A DNA stretch of 64,000 nt from the NCBI GenBank assembly GCA_025594325.1, contig JANHCV010000002.1, positions 1,984,001 through 2,048,000 of the forward strand, written 5' to 3'. The position numbers were made by a program, and so were the translations under genes. The DNA comes from Blastocladiella emersonii ATCC 22665. Taxonomy: Eukaryota > Fungi > Blastocladiomycota. Positions 35,949-49,920 of the stretch are shown here, in pieces. Each line of letters starts with the position of its first letter. Within the stretch, counting starts at the first letter, position 1. The notes beneath the pieces are model-generated. The model did no database searches, was not told the DNA's origin, and was given only the letters and a program-made list of their open reading frames with translations.

Positions 35949-38900
35949 ATGGACACTTCCAACTCAATGAACTTGATGCAATCTGATGAATCTGGCCTGG
36001 CGTCGGAAGCGCCAACGGCGGCTCCAAGCGTGCTTACTCTGCTCGACCTCGCCCACGTCGATCCCGTGTGGCACCTGCTGTGCCTGCGCTTCATCGGCCC
36101 CAAGGGCTGCACGTTGCTGCGCGCCACTTCGAAAGCTGCGCGTGCCGTGATTGATACCCTACCGCCCAAGCGGCTGTACGCGACGAACAGCGACCGCGCA
36201 CGCGCGCTGAGCGGCTACGCCGCGACGGGCAACTTGCCTATGCTTCGCACCTTGCTCGCCATGGTACCTTCGCCCAACGTGCAGCCCAATGGTATCGAAA
36301 GTGTTGATGGCCCGGTCCCGGCCTTGATTCACGCGGTGCGCGCCGATCAGCTGGAGGCGGCACGTATCCTTGTCGCTGTCGGTGCACGGCCTGCACGAGC
36401 AATGCGAGTCCCCGAGCGCGTCGACCCGCGCTCAACCGTGGCCCTGCATATTGCCGCCATGCGCGGGAACCTCGACATGCTGCGCGTCCTTATCAACACC
36501 CGCCACGCTAGCCAGTCCGCGTCGCTCGTCAACTGCTTGGTCTACGAGCCCATGACGGGGTTGCATCGCTCGCTTGTACAGTCAGCCATCGAGTCACGCT
36601 CGATAGCGGTCTTGCGTTTCCTCGTTGACGAGACGGGCGCGCGCCTGCTTCCCACCAACCCTGATGAGCAAAGAGATGCGGCAGCCGTCCTCATCGCGCT
36701 TGCTGTCCAACACGACGCACTCGAGATTTTGGATTGGCTTCTCGCTGACCGCGCTTTGACAACCACTTACGTCAAGCTCCCGATCACAATTCGCTCAAAG
36801 TGGTTTGGACGCGACGAAATTCTTACCTTGGCGGTGCGCCGCGGCAATTGCGACATTGTCCGTCGCCTGCTCGCAACCGATCTCCCGCTCGTGCATCCGA
36901 ATGACCCCAAGTTCTTGGGGTACACTTACTCGCCGCTTGACGTTGCCATCGATACGGACCGCGCTGATCTCGTGCGACTTATTGTTCCCGTGTTTCGCTC
37001 GCACGGTTTCGCTGTCAAGCACAGGTGCTCACAGCTCATTGATTATTCCCGCACGCATCGTCCTTTTCTCGAATGTGCTATTGAAAAGGGCTCGCCTGAC
37101 CTTGTCCGCGCGCTTGTCGAGTTTGATGCACCGCTCACAATCTTGGGAAGCTTTCACGCGCCGGTGCCCGGATGCCCCATCTCCAACGATGTGACGGTCG
37201 CCAACCCGTTCAACAGTGCCTATGACGCGCTTTGCCGAGCCGTGTCCCGCGGAAACGAGTTCGTTGAGCCGATCCTTGACGCGCTCCGAGCGCGCCATGG
37301 TACTGACCTATCAATCCCCTGGAGTGTTTTCCCCGATTCCGCCAACAGCTTGTCCCGTCAGATACGCAGTGGTTCGCCGCTACACCTTCTACTTACCCGC
37401 GACAGCGACCCTGCAAAATGGGAGCCCCTGCTTACTGACATGCTGGCCAGCGGCGCGCGCTCGGACTCTCGCGATCTGGACGGGTTGTACCCGCTTGATT
37501 GCGCGATAAATGCGGTCGGAATCAGGCACCCGGCCATCGTGAACTTGGTCACGCGCGGCGTGTGCGCGTCGTTCGAGACCATGGCTGCTCTCCTTTTCAC
37601 GGCTCAGGTCACGCAGAGCACCTCGCACCTCAAGGCTCTGCTTCCCCACGTTGCGGCCGCTTCCAAGGTTGATCGGCCCGTCCACCAGCTTGGCACGGCT
37701 CTCGACGCCTCGCTTCGTGTACGCTTCTTTGATACGCCCACGTTTTCGCACATGAACGCTAACTCGTGTCAATTGGTAGGCGGTCACGGTCTTGCTTCCC
37801 ACTCTTTCCGTCGACGAATACCCGATCTTGGACACAGTCTCGACCGCTTTCAGAAAGCCCGAGCTCTTATCCATCAAGGAGCTGGAGCGTGAGGGCGAGG
37901 TGGATCTGACCGATCCCTTCTTCGCGCGGCTTGCAAACCCGCTGTTTCGCGCCGGGGCCCGCCGCGACCACGATACGGCTCGTCTTTTGCTTTGCCATGG
38001 TGCGCTTCCAAACGTTGGACTGGACGGCACGAGTACACCCAACATCGACTTGCCGGCGGGTCGCCAGTCGTTTGTGCAGCGGTCGCCGCTAGCGCAGGCC
38101 ATCTTTAACGGTGACCCGGACATGGTCGCGCTGCTTTTGCGCGAAGGCGGCGCGAATCCGCGGTTTGGCGAGCACGATTCTCGACTTTGCCACGGGACGC
38201 GCGACTGTCAGATAACTCCTCTACAGCTTGCATTCTACCTCCGCTGGGCTCTCCAGGGGCGGGATAAGGCTGCTCGTAACATCGACGCGTCCATGACCGC
38301 GCTCACGGTCGAGAAGCCCAGCGCTCCCGCGGATCAGCCCGCGTTGCCACGTCCTGAATTCAGCTTCGATTTCTCGTCTCTGCCTGCCACACCCTCACAT
38401 TTGACTCCTCCGCCGCGTCGGCGCCTCTTGCGCAAACTGCCCGCCTCGCCGCCCATGCAGTCGCCGCCCAAGCCAATGCTCTCTTTGGCCCCGCCCATTT
38501 ATCTTTACCCGCGCCTCGTCCGCGAGCTTGAGCGTTATCCGCATCTGACTCTCAATGCTCTCGACACCATCATCGCCACGCTCCGGTCTTGCGATGTGCC
38601 GCTTTCTTGCTCCGCGCTTCCGTGTCACATCAAGTGCGACCAGGCCAAGGAACAGCTGTGGTCGCGCCACGAATCGGGCCGGCCGGACGCACTTCGTGTC
38701 GATCACGGTACTGCGGTGGAGCCTGAGCCCATGGCCGAGGTCGCCGCATCGCCTACTGCAGCGACAGCTGTTGCCGCGGAGCCCGAGTCCAGCGAGCTCA
38801 GACGTTCCAAGCCGCCCTCGATCGTCTTTGACTTCTCCGCCACGGTCTTGCCCTTGCAGAAGCGCAGCGTCAATACGAGTCGCAGCGCGATCCCGGTTTC

Positions 38901-39030
38901 CACTTTCGCCGCACCATCCGTCACTGCGTCGTTCGAGTGGCCGTTGGTGGGAGCGGGCGCATCTGGTTTTGGAATCTTCCGCGGGGCCGCCAACGCGTGG
39001 GCATCCGCCACGACCAAGGAGAGCGAATAG
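35949..39030 (+). CDS. F-box-like/ankyrin family copy E, apparently intact, ~1006 aa
   Basis: Exons 35949-37718 and 37780-39030. 61-nt intron GTACGC..GCTAAC..TAG joins ORFs 35949..37892 and 37792..39030 in frame. Confidence 0.85.
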
Positions 39031-39717
39031 GCCAGTTGGATCCCTTGATGAATATAATTTGTAAGATTTCCTGATAAAGATACTTCTAACAAAGTTAATC
39101 GTGGTCCGCCCGCGCGTCGATGCATGGAGAGCAGCAGCCAAGAAGCGTGGCGCGGCGCGCAACGACCCCAGTCGTTGATGCGAAGGTTGACTTGCTGGTA
39201 TTTTTTTGCCGCAGTGTCATTCTAGATGAATCCATCGATGGCAATTGCAAAGCCATGTAGTCGGACTCGACTCGACGGAGGGAACGGTGGTGGTGGCGTC
39301 GAAACGCGCTGCGCCACACCACGCCACCGCGTGACGCGGCAAAACCAAGTTCCCCTGGCGAAGACGAAACGGCTGCGCTGTGGCATTCCGTCGTGTCAGC
39401 GCAGAGTAAGTAGCTTGCCGCGCACTACTTTGTATACGGACACTTCAGTGAGTTTAGCGAGGTGGGTCGCTGCGAGTGGCCAAGAGGCTTCCTCACCTCG
39501 CATGTCAATTCTCTCCTCTAATTCTCCCATCGTGCGGGAAGAATTAGTAACTTTGTCATTGTATTTAATTCAGTGGGGCTCATCACGCGTCGTGCCCTGC
39601 GAGGAAGCGGCGGGAGACAGAGTGGGAGACCACCAGCGCGCCGCATTCATTTTTCGCGCCCGCGGTCCTCGCTTTTCCGATCGTTCTCTGCTGTATTTGA
39701 TCAACAATACCCTAGAT

Positions 39718-42358
39718 ATGGACTCGATGCAATCGAATGAAGCCGATCAGGCACTGGAACCCTGGCCTTCGCCCTCGCCGGCTGCTCCAAGGTCCCTGAC
39801 ATTGCTGGATCTTGCCCATATTGATCCCGTCTGGCACCTGCTGTGCTTGCGACTTCTCTCACCCGTGGACTGCGTCGCGCTGCGCGCTACTTCGCAAGCC
39901 GCGCGTGCTGCGGTCGATGCGCTGCCGGCCGCGCTGGTCTACTTGACCCGGTCCGACCGCGCTCGCGCGCTGTGCAGCTTCGCAGCAACGGGAAACTTAC
40001 CCATGATTCACAACTTAATTGCACTAGTGCTTTCGCCTGAAGTGCGGGTGAATACTAATGGCTTCAAGGTCTCTGTCCCAGCGTTGATTCACGCGGTGCG
40101 CGCCGATCAACTTGACGCGGCGCGCCTTCTTGTTGCAGCTGGCGCACGGCCCGCGCATCCGGCGCGGGTTCCCGAATACTTTGACCGGCGCTCGACTGTG
40201 GCAATGCACGTTGCCGCGATGCGCGGGAACGTGGAAATGCTGCGCGTCCTTGACGACGCGAGTCGCGCCGACCCGTCCGCGTCGCCTGTCACCTGCGTCG
40301 TCAAGGAGCAGAGATCGGGACTGTCCCGATCGCTCGTTCATTCTGCAATCGAGTCGCGTTCTGTCGAAATGCTTCGCGTCCTCGTCAATGAAATGAGGGT
40401 ACCGCTTCTTCCGCCCGCCAGCACTAATCACTGGACCAATATTGCAGTTCTCATTGCTCTCGCTGTCAAGCACGACGCATCCGACGTCCTGGAATGGCTA
40501 CTCACCGAGCGCGCTCTACTGACGGCAAGAGTCCAGTTGACCGAAGAATATCGCCGCGCTTGGTTTGATGGGGACGACCTTTTCATCCTTGCTGTTCGGC
40601 GCGGCAACGTGGAGATCGTTCTCCGCCTGCTCAAGACCGACATCCCTCTCATTCAATTTGTTGATCCTCGATACGTCACGTACCACGTTTCGCCGCTCGA
40701 CGTTGCCGTCTACATGAACCGCACCGACCTCGTGAAGCTCCTCGTTCCCGCGTTCCGGTCGCATAACTACGCGTTTGGGCACAGGTGCTCGCTTGTCAGT
40801 AGGTCTGGGATTAAAGCTTTTTTCAGCAACACCGGGGTTAAAGCTCGTTCCTACCTCGAGTGTGCAATCGACCATGGTTCGCCTGACCTCATCCGCGCGC
40901 TTGCTGCTGAATTTGATGCCCGACTCACGGCCCCTGGGATCACTTTCACGCCGGTTCCTGGATGCCCCATCTCGAACAGTAGGTCACTTGCTGACGAGTT
41001 GGACGACGGCGTGTACTACGCGCTGTGCCGCGCAATTCCGCGCGGGGACGATTTCGTCGCGCCAATTCTTGACGTGTTCCGGGCGCGACACGGCTCCGAG
41101 GTGCGCATTCCTTGGAACGCAACCCCTAAGCTCGCAAAGTCATTGAACAAACAGCTTTGCGGGCAAACGCCCCTACACTTGCTCCTTGACCGCTATGACG
41201 AAGCCGCAGGGCAGTGGGACCCGCTGCTTGACGAGATGCTGGCCGGCGGCGCACGCTCTGACCTGCGCGATTTTGACGGGCTCTCCTCACTTCAGGTAGC
41301 TGCTCAGACGCTCGGAATCGACCATCCTGCCGTCGTGGATCTCATCACGCGTGGTGTGTACACACCGTTTGCCACTATGGCTGCTCTCATCAACATCGCC
41401 GGGCTCACGGGCAACACGGCGCTTCTTGAGACCCTCTTTCCATACGTTGAGCCTGGGTCCAAGGTTGGTAGTCCTGACGGGCGGCGCGGCTCCGCCATGG
41501 ATTTATCGCTTAACGTACGTTTTACGAGACACGATCGCTGTACTCTAAGAACTGACAGTCGTGGTGCGCGAGTAGTCGGTACCTACCATGCTTGAAATCG
41601 TTCCTTGGGTCGAGTTTCCGATCCTCGACACGCCAGTTGCTTCCGATGAGTCTGATTACCCTGACGACGAGATGGACCTGACCAACCCTTACTTCGCACA
41701 GTTTGCCAACTCGCTGTTCCGGGCTGTTGCTCGCCGCGAGTACGACATGGTGCGTCTTCTGCTTCGTCGCGGTGCGCTGCCCAACGCCGGCCTCAACCAC
41801 TTTCTGAACGACAAGTCACGTTTAAACTTGGACGTGCAACGTTCGCCGCTTGCGCAAGCAGTTTTGAACGGCGACCCGAGCATGGTCGCGCTCCTGCTCG
41901 ATGAGGGCGGCGCGGATCCGCAGTTTGGTGAGCACAATCTTATTTTGTGCCGTGACCCGACTTCGTTGACGCGTTCGATGGACGCGCTTCGCCTTACAGC
42001 TGGTCATTCTGGCTGCGCCGAGCAGCCACGCGAGTGTCGCATCACCCCGCTGCAGCTCGCTGTGTCCTTGCGCTGGGCATTGCAGGAACGCACCAAGGAT
42101 ACAGACGGCAACGCGCAGATGGACTTGCCCGCGGCCAATGAGCCCGAGGAAGCTGCTTTAGTGCATCAGCCATCGTCCGATCCAGCTTCATTTGTCGCGC
42201 CGCCCTTGTACCTGCAATCGCGACTCCACCGCGAGCTTGATCGCTACCCGCACCTTTCCGTCGCGGCGCTCGACACTATCATCGAGCTGCTCAAGTCGCA
42301 TGATGCACCGTTCCTACCGACCAGCCCATGCGACGAGGCGGTTGGCGGCGCATCCTAG
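39718..42358 (+). CDS. F-box-like/ankyrin family copy F, apparently intact, ~859 aa
   Basis: ATG 39718 (MDSMQSNE). Exons 39718-41514 and 41576-42358. 61-nt intron GTACGT..ACTGAC..TAG. Confidence 0.85.
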
Positions 42359-42725
42359 CCATGAATGAGAGCGTGGCGGGTGCTGGTTGTTGTGGGAGTA
42401 TGAATATGCATTTGCTTTCAATGACGAAAGTTCTTTCGGTAAGGGTGAACATGGGCCGTCTCTTTCAATGCCGATGAACGACGCGTGCCCCGCTTCGACC
42501 CCTGCTCGAAGAGTCCGAAGTCGAAGACCTCCTCCCTCGGACGAACGAAAATGATTCATTTAATACCTAAAACTATATTGCATCAAGTTTCATTCTGGCC
42601 AGGACGCGAGGCGAGGCAGCTGTGTTGTCCCGTGCTGACAGGAGTGTCACGGCGTGAAGGCGCGTGCCGCTCTCGCAAACCGTTCCCCCTCCCCCAACGC
42701 GTTGGCCCCGCCCTCTTCCGCAACC

Positions 42726-44716
42726 ATGGAATCGATGAAGCCGATGCAATCCAATGAATTCGATCCGCTCTTGAGACTGTCGCCGACACGCGCGGCCGTT
42801 CCGCGTGCTGCGACCCTCGCCGATCTCGCCCGCGTCGCGCTGGTTTAGTGCCTTCTATCTCTGCGGTTCCTCGCGCTCAAAAACTGTATGATCCTTCGCG
42901 CACTCTCACGCGTCTTCCGTGATGCCGTCGACTACCTCCCGCCCGAGCGGATTTGCGTGACAGCCGACGACCGCGCGCGTGCGCTGCGCCGGTTTGCAGT
43001 GTCGGGTAACACAACCATGCTTCGCGCTCTCCTTGCTACTGTTCGCTCGCCTGACGTGCTGCCGACTCCTTACGGTCTCACCGAGCCGGCGCTGATCCAC
43101 GCCGTGCGCGCCGACCAGGTCGAGACGGCGCGCATCCTTATTGCGGCCGGCGCCAGCCCTGACGTGCCTCCTCGCAGGTACTGGATCGACGACGCGCGCA
43201 AGGTCATCCCCCTGCATATCGCCGTGATGCGGGGCAACCTCGGCATGCTTCGCGCGCTCGTCCATACCGCGGACACCAACCGCATGGCGTTCCTCGTCAA
43301 CCATGCAGTTCGCGACACTACTACCCGGTGGCCCGCTCGCTCGTTCATTCGGCAATCGAGTCGCGCTCGCTTACCCTGCTGCGCGTGCTCATCGAAGAGA
43401 TGGGTGCGCGGTTTCTTCCGACCGACCCGGCTCAACACGCGGACGCGGCGGCTGTACTCGTTGCGCTTGGGATCCACCACGACGCCCCCGACATTTCCGA
43501 CTGGCTCATGAGCTACATTGACCCCCCAACAACCATGTCGATCCCTCAGCGCATTACTTCCTGGTTCGACGGGAGCAATGCCTTTCTCGCTCTCGCCGTG
43601 CGCCGTGGTGACGCTGACTTTGTTCGCCGGGTGCTCACAAGGTTTGAACTTGATCATTCCAAGACTGCCACCTGCTCCCGCACGTCGCGCGTGCGTCACA
43701 GGTCGGCCGGCCCGCTGGGCAGCGAGGCACGTCCATGGATGTTTCGCTAGACGTACGTTTGTACTTGGGCTGAGCCTCGTCCCAGCCGGGTTACTCACGC
43801 GAGCGAGACGTGCGAATAGTTTGTATCGACTGTGCTTCACGCCTCCCCGGACAGCAACTACACCGCATTCACCAGCAGGATCCAAGAACTTCGCGACCTT
43901 GGCGAAGTGGATTTGACCGACCCGCTCTTTGGTCTGCTCTCGAACCCGCTGTTCTTTGCCGTGGTGCGCCGCGAGTACTCGACCGTTCGTCGCCTGCTTC
44001 GCCACGGTGCTTCGCCTCACGTCGGACTCGCTCATACCGTTTGCGACCCGGTGCTTCGCCAGCCGTATGTGCATCGCTCTCCGCTCGCACAAGCCGTCCT
44101 TCAGGGCGATCCGGACATGGTCGCGCTACTTTTTGACGAAGGTGGCGCGGATCCGCAGTTTGGCGAGCATGAAAGGCGCCGGTGTGACGAGCCGTGATTC
44201 ACTCCACGCTCAACGTCAACAACGGTGACCGTCCGCCAACCGGTACGAAATTTCGCGGCTGTCGGATTACTCCCTTGCAGCTCGCTCTGTACCTCCACTG
44301 GACGCTTCAGATGGTTACAGACAAGGCCCGCTTCGGGGCGGTTAACGAGTGTATGCCTCTCACATTGCACACGCAGTCGCCGACCGCCCTTGATTGCTCA
44401 CCTCTCCTAATCGCGCTGCCGTCAACCAGCGCGCCGTCGAACAGCTCGCAGCAGCACTCGACCGCTTTGCCCACGCTGTTAGCGCCCGAGTCTGTGTCGT
44501 TCGTGATCCCGATGCCGCGTCTCATTCGAGAACTTGAACGGTACCCGGACTTGACTATCGACTCGCTCAACACCATCATCAACGCGCTCAAATCGCATGA
44601 CGCGCCGCTTGTACCCCCCCACGTCATCGTGCCACCTCGCGAGCAGCGAGACCATGGACATCATGTGGTCGCGCCGTACTCCCACTCAGTCCATGTCGTC
44701 TGCTGGGACTCAGTAG
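42726..44716 (+). pseudogene. F-box-like/ankyrin family copy G: nonsense codon, frameshifts and internal deletion
   Basis: ATG 42726. TAG at 42846-42848 where paralogs have Trp. Frameshift near 43330. Several hundred bp of the ankyrin region are missing before the intron donor near 43753. Further frameshifts near 44195 and 44620. Confidence 0.85.
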
Positions 44717-45027
44717 CTTTAACGGCAGCAGCCGCCGTTAGGAGCACGGTTGGAGCCCCAGCCAGCGCCCGGGGCGCAGAAGCGGCCCGGGCAGCAATTG
44801 CAGACGAAAATATATCTACGAGTATCGTCTGCAAGTGTGTGGTCTTGGTCAGTGTTCGAGCGACATCGAGAACGCGTCCATGTCGCGTTGCGCCACACAC
44901 TGTTTCAGCCCGCCGCTCCCACGCGAGCGTGGGCGAGTGGCGTTGGCCGAGTGGAGCCGAGCCGGCCCCGGCGCCTTTCGCGACCTCGCTCTCCCCGCAC
45001 CCCCCGCTCCTGATCAGCACCGTCGTC

Positions 45028-48000
45028 ATGGACTCGATGCAACGAATGAAATCTGAGACCGATCAGCTGCCGGAACCTTCGCCGCGGCACGAAACGCCCC
45101 CGGCCCTCTCGCTCGTCGATTTCGCCCAAGTAGCTCTCGTTTGGCGCCCTCTGTGCTTGCGGTACGTCAATCCCAAGGACTGCGCTGCGCTCCGCGCCGT
45201 CTCTCGCGCTACGCACGATGCCATCGACGCTCTTCCCGTTGGTAAACTTATTACGTCGGGCTCGGACCGCGCGCACGCGCTGAGTGGCGCTGCGGCGACG
45301 GGCAACGTCGTGCTCCTCCGCAAGCTGCTTGCCATCGTGCCGTCTCCTAATGTTCGGTCCGGTGGATGCGAATCGCATCTTCCGGCTCTGATCCACGCCG
45401 TGCGTAACGACCAGGTGGAGGCGGCGCGGATCCTGGTCGAGGCGGGTGCCAAGCCTGCGCGGTCCATTCGTGTGTCTTGGGGGACCAGCCCGCGCTCGAC
45501 CATTGCCATTCACGTCGCCGCTATGCGCGGGAACGTCGCCATGCTGCGCGTGCTTGTCGAAACGAGCGGCGTCAAGTGTACCGCGTCCTTAGCCAATCAC
45601 TCAATCCTTGAACCTTCCTCCAAGCTGCACCGCACGCTTGTCCACTCGGCCATCGAATCGGGGTCCGTGGAGCTGCTTCGCGTTCTCGTTGAGGAGATGG
45701 GCGCCAAATTGCTTCCTGTCCATCCAGCCGAGCACAACGACGCCTCAGCTGTTCTCATTGCGCTCGCAGTCAAACACGACACGCCGGGTGTCCTGGATTG
45801 GCTCTTGGCCGACTGCGCGCTGCCGACAGCGGCGATCCAGCTCCCTTTGTACCATCGCTACGCTTGGTTCGGCGGTAACGACATCTTTACGCTGGCCGTG
45901 CGCCGCGGCAACCTTGAGGTTGTCGGCCGCTTGCTTGAAACGGACTTGCCGCTCTCGCACGAGACTGATCCCGATGCAACCAAGCACATCACCACGGTAC
46001 TCGACATTGCTGTCGACGCGAACCGTCCCGATCTCGTGGGGGTGCTCGTGCCGGCCTTCCGCGCCCGCGGCCTTGCTGCGGGCCACACGTGCGCGCGCGT
46101 CACCAAGGCTGGACTCAATCGTCGGTCGTACTTGGACTGCGCCATCGCCAATGGCTCGTCCGACCTCATCCGTGCACTTGCCATCGATTTCAACGCGCCA
46201 CTGACTTTCCCCGACCTCACGTTTGCACCGGAGCCTGGGTGCCCAGTCGCCAACGACTTTTCGCTCGCTGACGAGTCTCGCGATGGTGCCTATTTTGCGC
46301 TGCGCAGCGCGCTTACGCGAGGCGCTGCGTTTGTCGAGCCGATCCTTGACGCGCTGCGTGCACGACACGGCGCCGACCTCTCGATCCTGTGGAAGGCGAC
46401 GTCCGAGCTTACCAGCTTCCAGCGCGACCAGTTCCGCGGCCGCACGCCGCTGCACTTCTTGTTCGGACTCGATTGAACTGCAGACGATTGGGAGCCGCTG
46501 CTTAGCGAGATGCTGTCGAGCGGTGCTCCAACCGACGTGCGCGACTTGGACGGTTTGTATCCGCTTGACGTAGCTATAAAATCAGTTGGGATCGACCACC
46601 CGGCTATTTTGGACTTGCTCAAGCGTAGCATGTGCGCGCCGTTTGGGACCATGGCGGCCCTCATCATTGTGGCCGCGATGAAAGGCGACATTGCTCGCCT
46701 CAAGGCCTTGCTTCCTTACGAATATACTGCGTCCAACATCGATCGGTCCGACCGTCAGTACGGCACGGCCATTGATTCCCACCTTCATGTACGCGATTTT
46801 GGAGATCCTGTGGCTGCATCATACTCACAATTACGGATGTGTAGGCTATTCCTACCTGGATCCACGCTCTCATTCCCAGTCAGCTCTCAATACTCGATGC
46901 CTCCGCTGATCCCGGTTCCAGCGAGCCCAGGTTGCCTGGCTTGAACCTTGACAGCCGCGGCGAGGTGGATCTGACGGACCCCTACTTCACGCTACTCGCC
47001 AACCCGCTGTTTATCGCAGTCGCGCGACGCGACCACGACACCGTGCGCTTTCTCCTTTGCCGCAAGGCGCTTCCCAATATTGGTCTTGATCACACGGCCA
47101 CGTATGCAAAGAATTTGGCGCACCGCTGGTCGTTCATTCAGCGCTCACCGCTTGCGCAAGCTATTCTCAACGGCGATGCGGTTATGGTCGCACTGCTGCT
47201 CGATGAGGGCCGCGCGAGCCCGTTCTTCGGCGAGCACGACATGGGGTGGTGTTGCGACCCCGCTATCCCGCACCAGTCCTCGTCCTCAACCCTGCGCGGT
47301 CGAGTTCGCCAGGCTTCCGAGTCGCGCGAGTGCCGGATCACGCCCTTGCAGCTTGCCGTGTATCTCCGCTGGGCGATTCTGGAGCGCGGCAAGGCCAGTG
47401 TGCTCGACTCGCCCTTGACTGCTTCCACGGTCAAGAGCTCTGACGCTTCGCCGGCTTCGCCATCCCTGGCATCACCGCCCGCGTTCAGTTTCGACTTTTC
47501 TTCCTCCGCCACGGCGTCGATGGGCGATCCCTTCCCAAGTTCCTGCTCGGCTAGATCAAGATCACCACGTTCTTGCTCTTCGTTCGCGACGGACTTGACC
47601 GCCGTCCCACCCTCGTATCTCCAGGCGCGCTTCTGGCGTGAGCTCGACCGCTACCCGAGCCTAACTCTCGACTCGCTGGACGTAATCATCGCGAAACTTC
47701 ACGCGCACAACGCGCCGTTGGTGTGGTCTGCGCTCCCGGGCCAAAACGTGTGCTATCACTCCGCCAACCTCATGTGGGCGCCGCACGAACCGGAAAAGCC
47801 TCTCCCGATCTGCGACCGCAAATTGCTCACGGCTTCCTGCAGCCTCGCACTGACGGTCGAAACTTCAATATCACCTGTTGCAGTTATTCAGCTCAAGGCC
47901 GCGCTGCGCTCTGCAACGCCTTCTACCACCGATCCTTCCCCCGTGTTTACGCCGGCCAGAGTAGCTCGGTTGATGACGTCAGCGACGAGTGGGAGTCCGA

Positions 48001-48083
48001 AGTTTCCGTTCACCGTTCCGACCCGCTGGCCTCGTCCAGCTACGTTCGCCAGGGCACCCAACATGTGGGGATCGATGGCGTAG
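45028..48083 (+). pseudogene. F-box-like/ankyrin family copy H, full length with a single in-frame TGA
   Basis: ATG 45028. TGA at 46474-46476 is in frame with ORF 46510... Intron 46789-46844 (GTACGC..TAG). Last exon 46845-48083. Confidence 0.8.
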
Positions 48084-48477
48084 AAGCGGACCGAGGGATT
48101 ATATCGTTTACTTATGCATGGCAGTGATTTTCAACTCGTGCTGAGCGGGTTGACAGGCCTGCGAGAGGGAGACGCGTGCGCGACGCGCAACACGTGCTTC
48201 AAAGTAAGGGCCCGTTTGGTTCCGGGGTGAATCAGGTGGATCAATCGATTTTACACGGTCCGGTGTTCACCCAGCTGAAACGTGGCATTTTCACCCCGTC
48301 GTGTTCATCGCGGCGTTTGGTTCAACCCACGGGTGAGCTGAATGGAACCCTCGTCGCTGAATCGCCCGTCTGCTCGCCCCCGAAACCTTCAGGCTGTGCT
48401 CCCCGGCCTATATAAACGCCGTTTTCCTCCAAAGTAACTCGCTCTCTCTCCCCCGTCCTCCCTCAAAGCCGAAAAGA

Positions 48478-49607
48478 ATGGCTCCCCCGTCAAGCAAAAA
48501 GCGCGCTGGCCGTACGGCCATGTCCATCGAGGAGATCGTCAGGAACGTGCCCGAAATCCCGCCGCCGCCCGCCGATAGCGACGAGGATGCAGATGACGAC
48601 GCTGCTGGGAGCGACGGCAACGCTGCTGTCACGCCGACCAACCCGCTGCCGCCCGTGACCATCGCCAAGCCAAGCAAGCGCAAGGCCAGTGGCAGCAAGG
48701 CCAGCAGCGGCAAGGCCAGCGGCGGCAAGGCCACCTTCTGCTCCGCGTCGACCAACTTCCTCCTCGACCACTTCTGCAACCTCGCTGACGACGGCGTGCT
48801 CGGCGACAGCAACACGCTCAAGGCCCAGCACCGTGTGTCGATTGCCCAGGCCCTGTCGGACGAGTTCAACATGCAGTTTACGGCGGAGCAGGTCAAGAAC
48901 CGCGTGACATACGTACGCTTTGTCTTGCGGACACGCGTCAACCGTAGCGCTAACAACGTCAGCGTTCGGCTCCAGCTTCGCACTTGTTTTCGCGCCGTAA
49001 AACGGCTTCTGTCGTACTCGGGCAACGGCTGCACCTGGAATGAGGGTGAGTGCACGGTCGACGTGCCAGAGGAGTTCTGGAACGATCTCTCGGTACGTTT
49101 GTTCAATATCGTTACGCGTCAACTCGCGGCGAGCTAACAGCGCCTGGCCTGCTTCAATTGTAGGCAGAGCTCAAGGAGGAGCTGACTGCGGGCTGCAAGC
49201 CCTTCCCGTACTACAAGAAGGCCAACATGCTGTGGGGCAGCTCGACCGCCACCGGCGAGTACTCGCACCTCGAGCAGGACGGCAAGGAGTCTGGTGCCGT
49301 GGAAGGTGTTGATGGTCAAGACGACGCGGCCCCCGCCAGCAAGCGCAGCCGCACTTCGGACAGCAGCTCGCGTCGCCTCTCGGACTCGGAATTCCTCATG
49401 GGCATCAAGGAGGTGTTCCAGAGCGTCGCGACCGCCGACTCCAAGCCCGTTCTGACCGCCGCACTTGAATGGGTCCAGGACGCGTACAATGACAATGAAG
49501 AGTACCAGATCGACGTCGCCACCCGCCTGACCGAGGATCAAACGCTTCGCGTCATGGCCGTGTCCGAATCGAAGCGCAAGCGCGTCCTCGAGTTTTTCAT
49601 TCAGTAG
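48478..49607 (+). CDS. Harbinger Myb/SANT-like DNA-binding protein, ~331 aa
   Basis: Exons 48478-48912, 48976-49092, 49164-49607 (GTACG..AG introns). FNMQFTAEQVKNR, SGNGCTWNE, KPFPYY motifs. TATAAA near 48409. Confidence 0.85.
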
Positions 49608-49920
49608 CTCTCTCGCACATGTCCCCCTCCCCTCGCGTTGCTTCCTGGCCTTGTTCTCGCCCATTTGTGTCCAATACATCTGGCTTTGTGTCCATCGTAT
49701 CTTCAATCGTTACCCTTCGCTCGAAAATGACGCGACTCGTTGAGAAACGCGTGGTTCTCAAAGTGTCTCGCACGTCACGTGATTGATCGACGCGTCCCCA
49801 CCGATGCGTTCTGACCTCAGCGACGCGTCAAATCATCTAGAATCGCTTATATAACATTATAGTACTTGACAAATCAGTATATTACAGCATGCATGCGGGT
49901 ACAACAATTATTTCGCGCCT

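Noticed and set aside
39226-39717. 164-aa N-terminal extension of copy F in the ORF track
   Set aside because: Homology with paralogs begins at MDSMQSNE (39718); the upstream part is promoter-like sequence.
44194-46476. 760-aa ORF suggesting a fusion of copy G's C-terminus with copy H
   Set aside because: It starts at a frameshift inside pseudogene G and runs through recognisable promoter sequence (including the 13-bp motif) to H's own ATG at 45028. Most likely a chance open frame.
1705-46476. Alternative genetic code or programmed readthrough to explain the in-frame stops
   Set aside because: All three stop types occur, at positions matching different amino acids, alongside frameshifts. 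Core genes have no internal stops and end in TAA or TGA normally.
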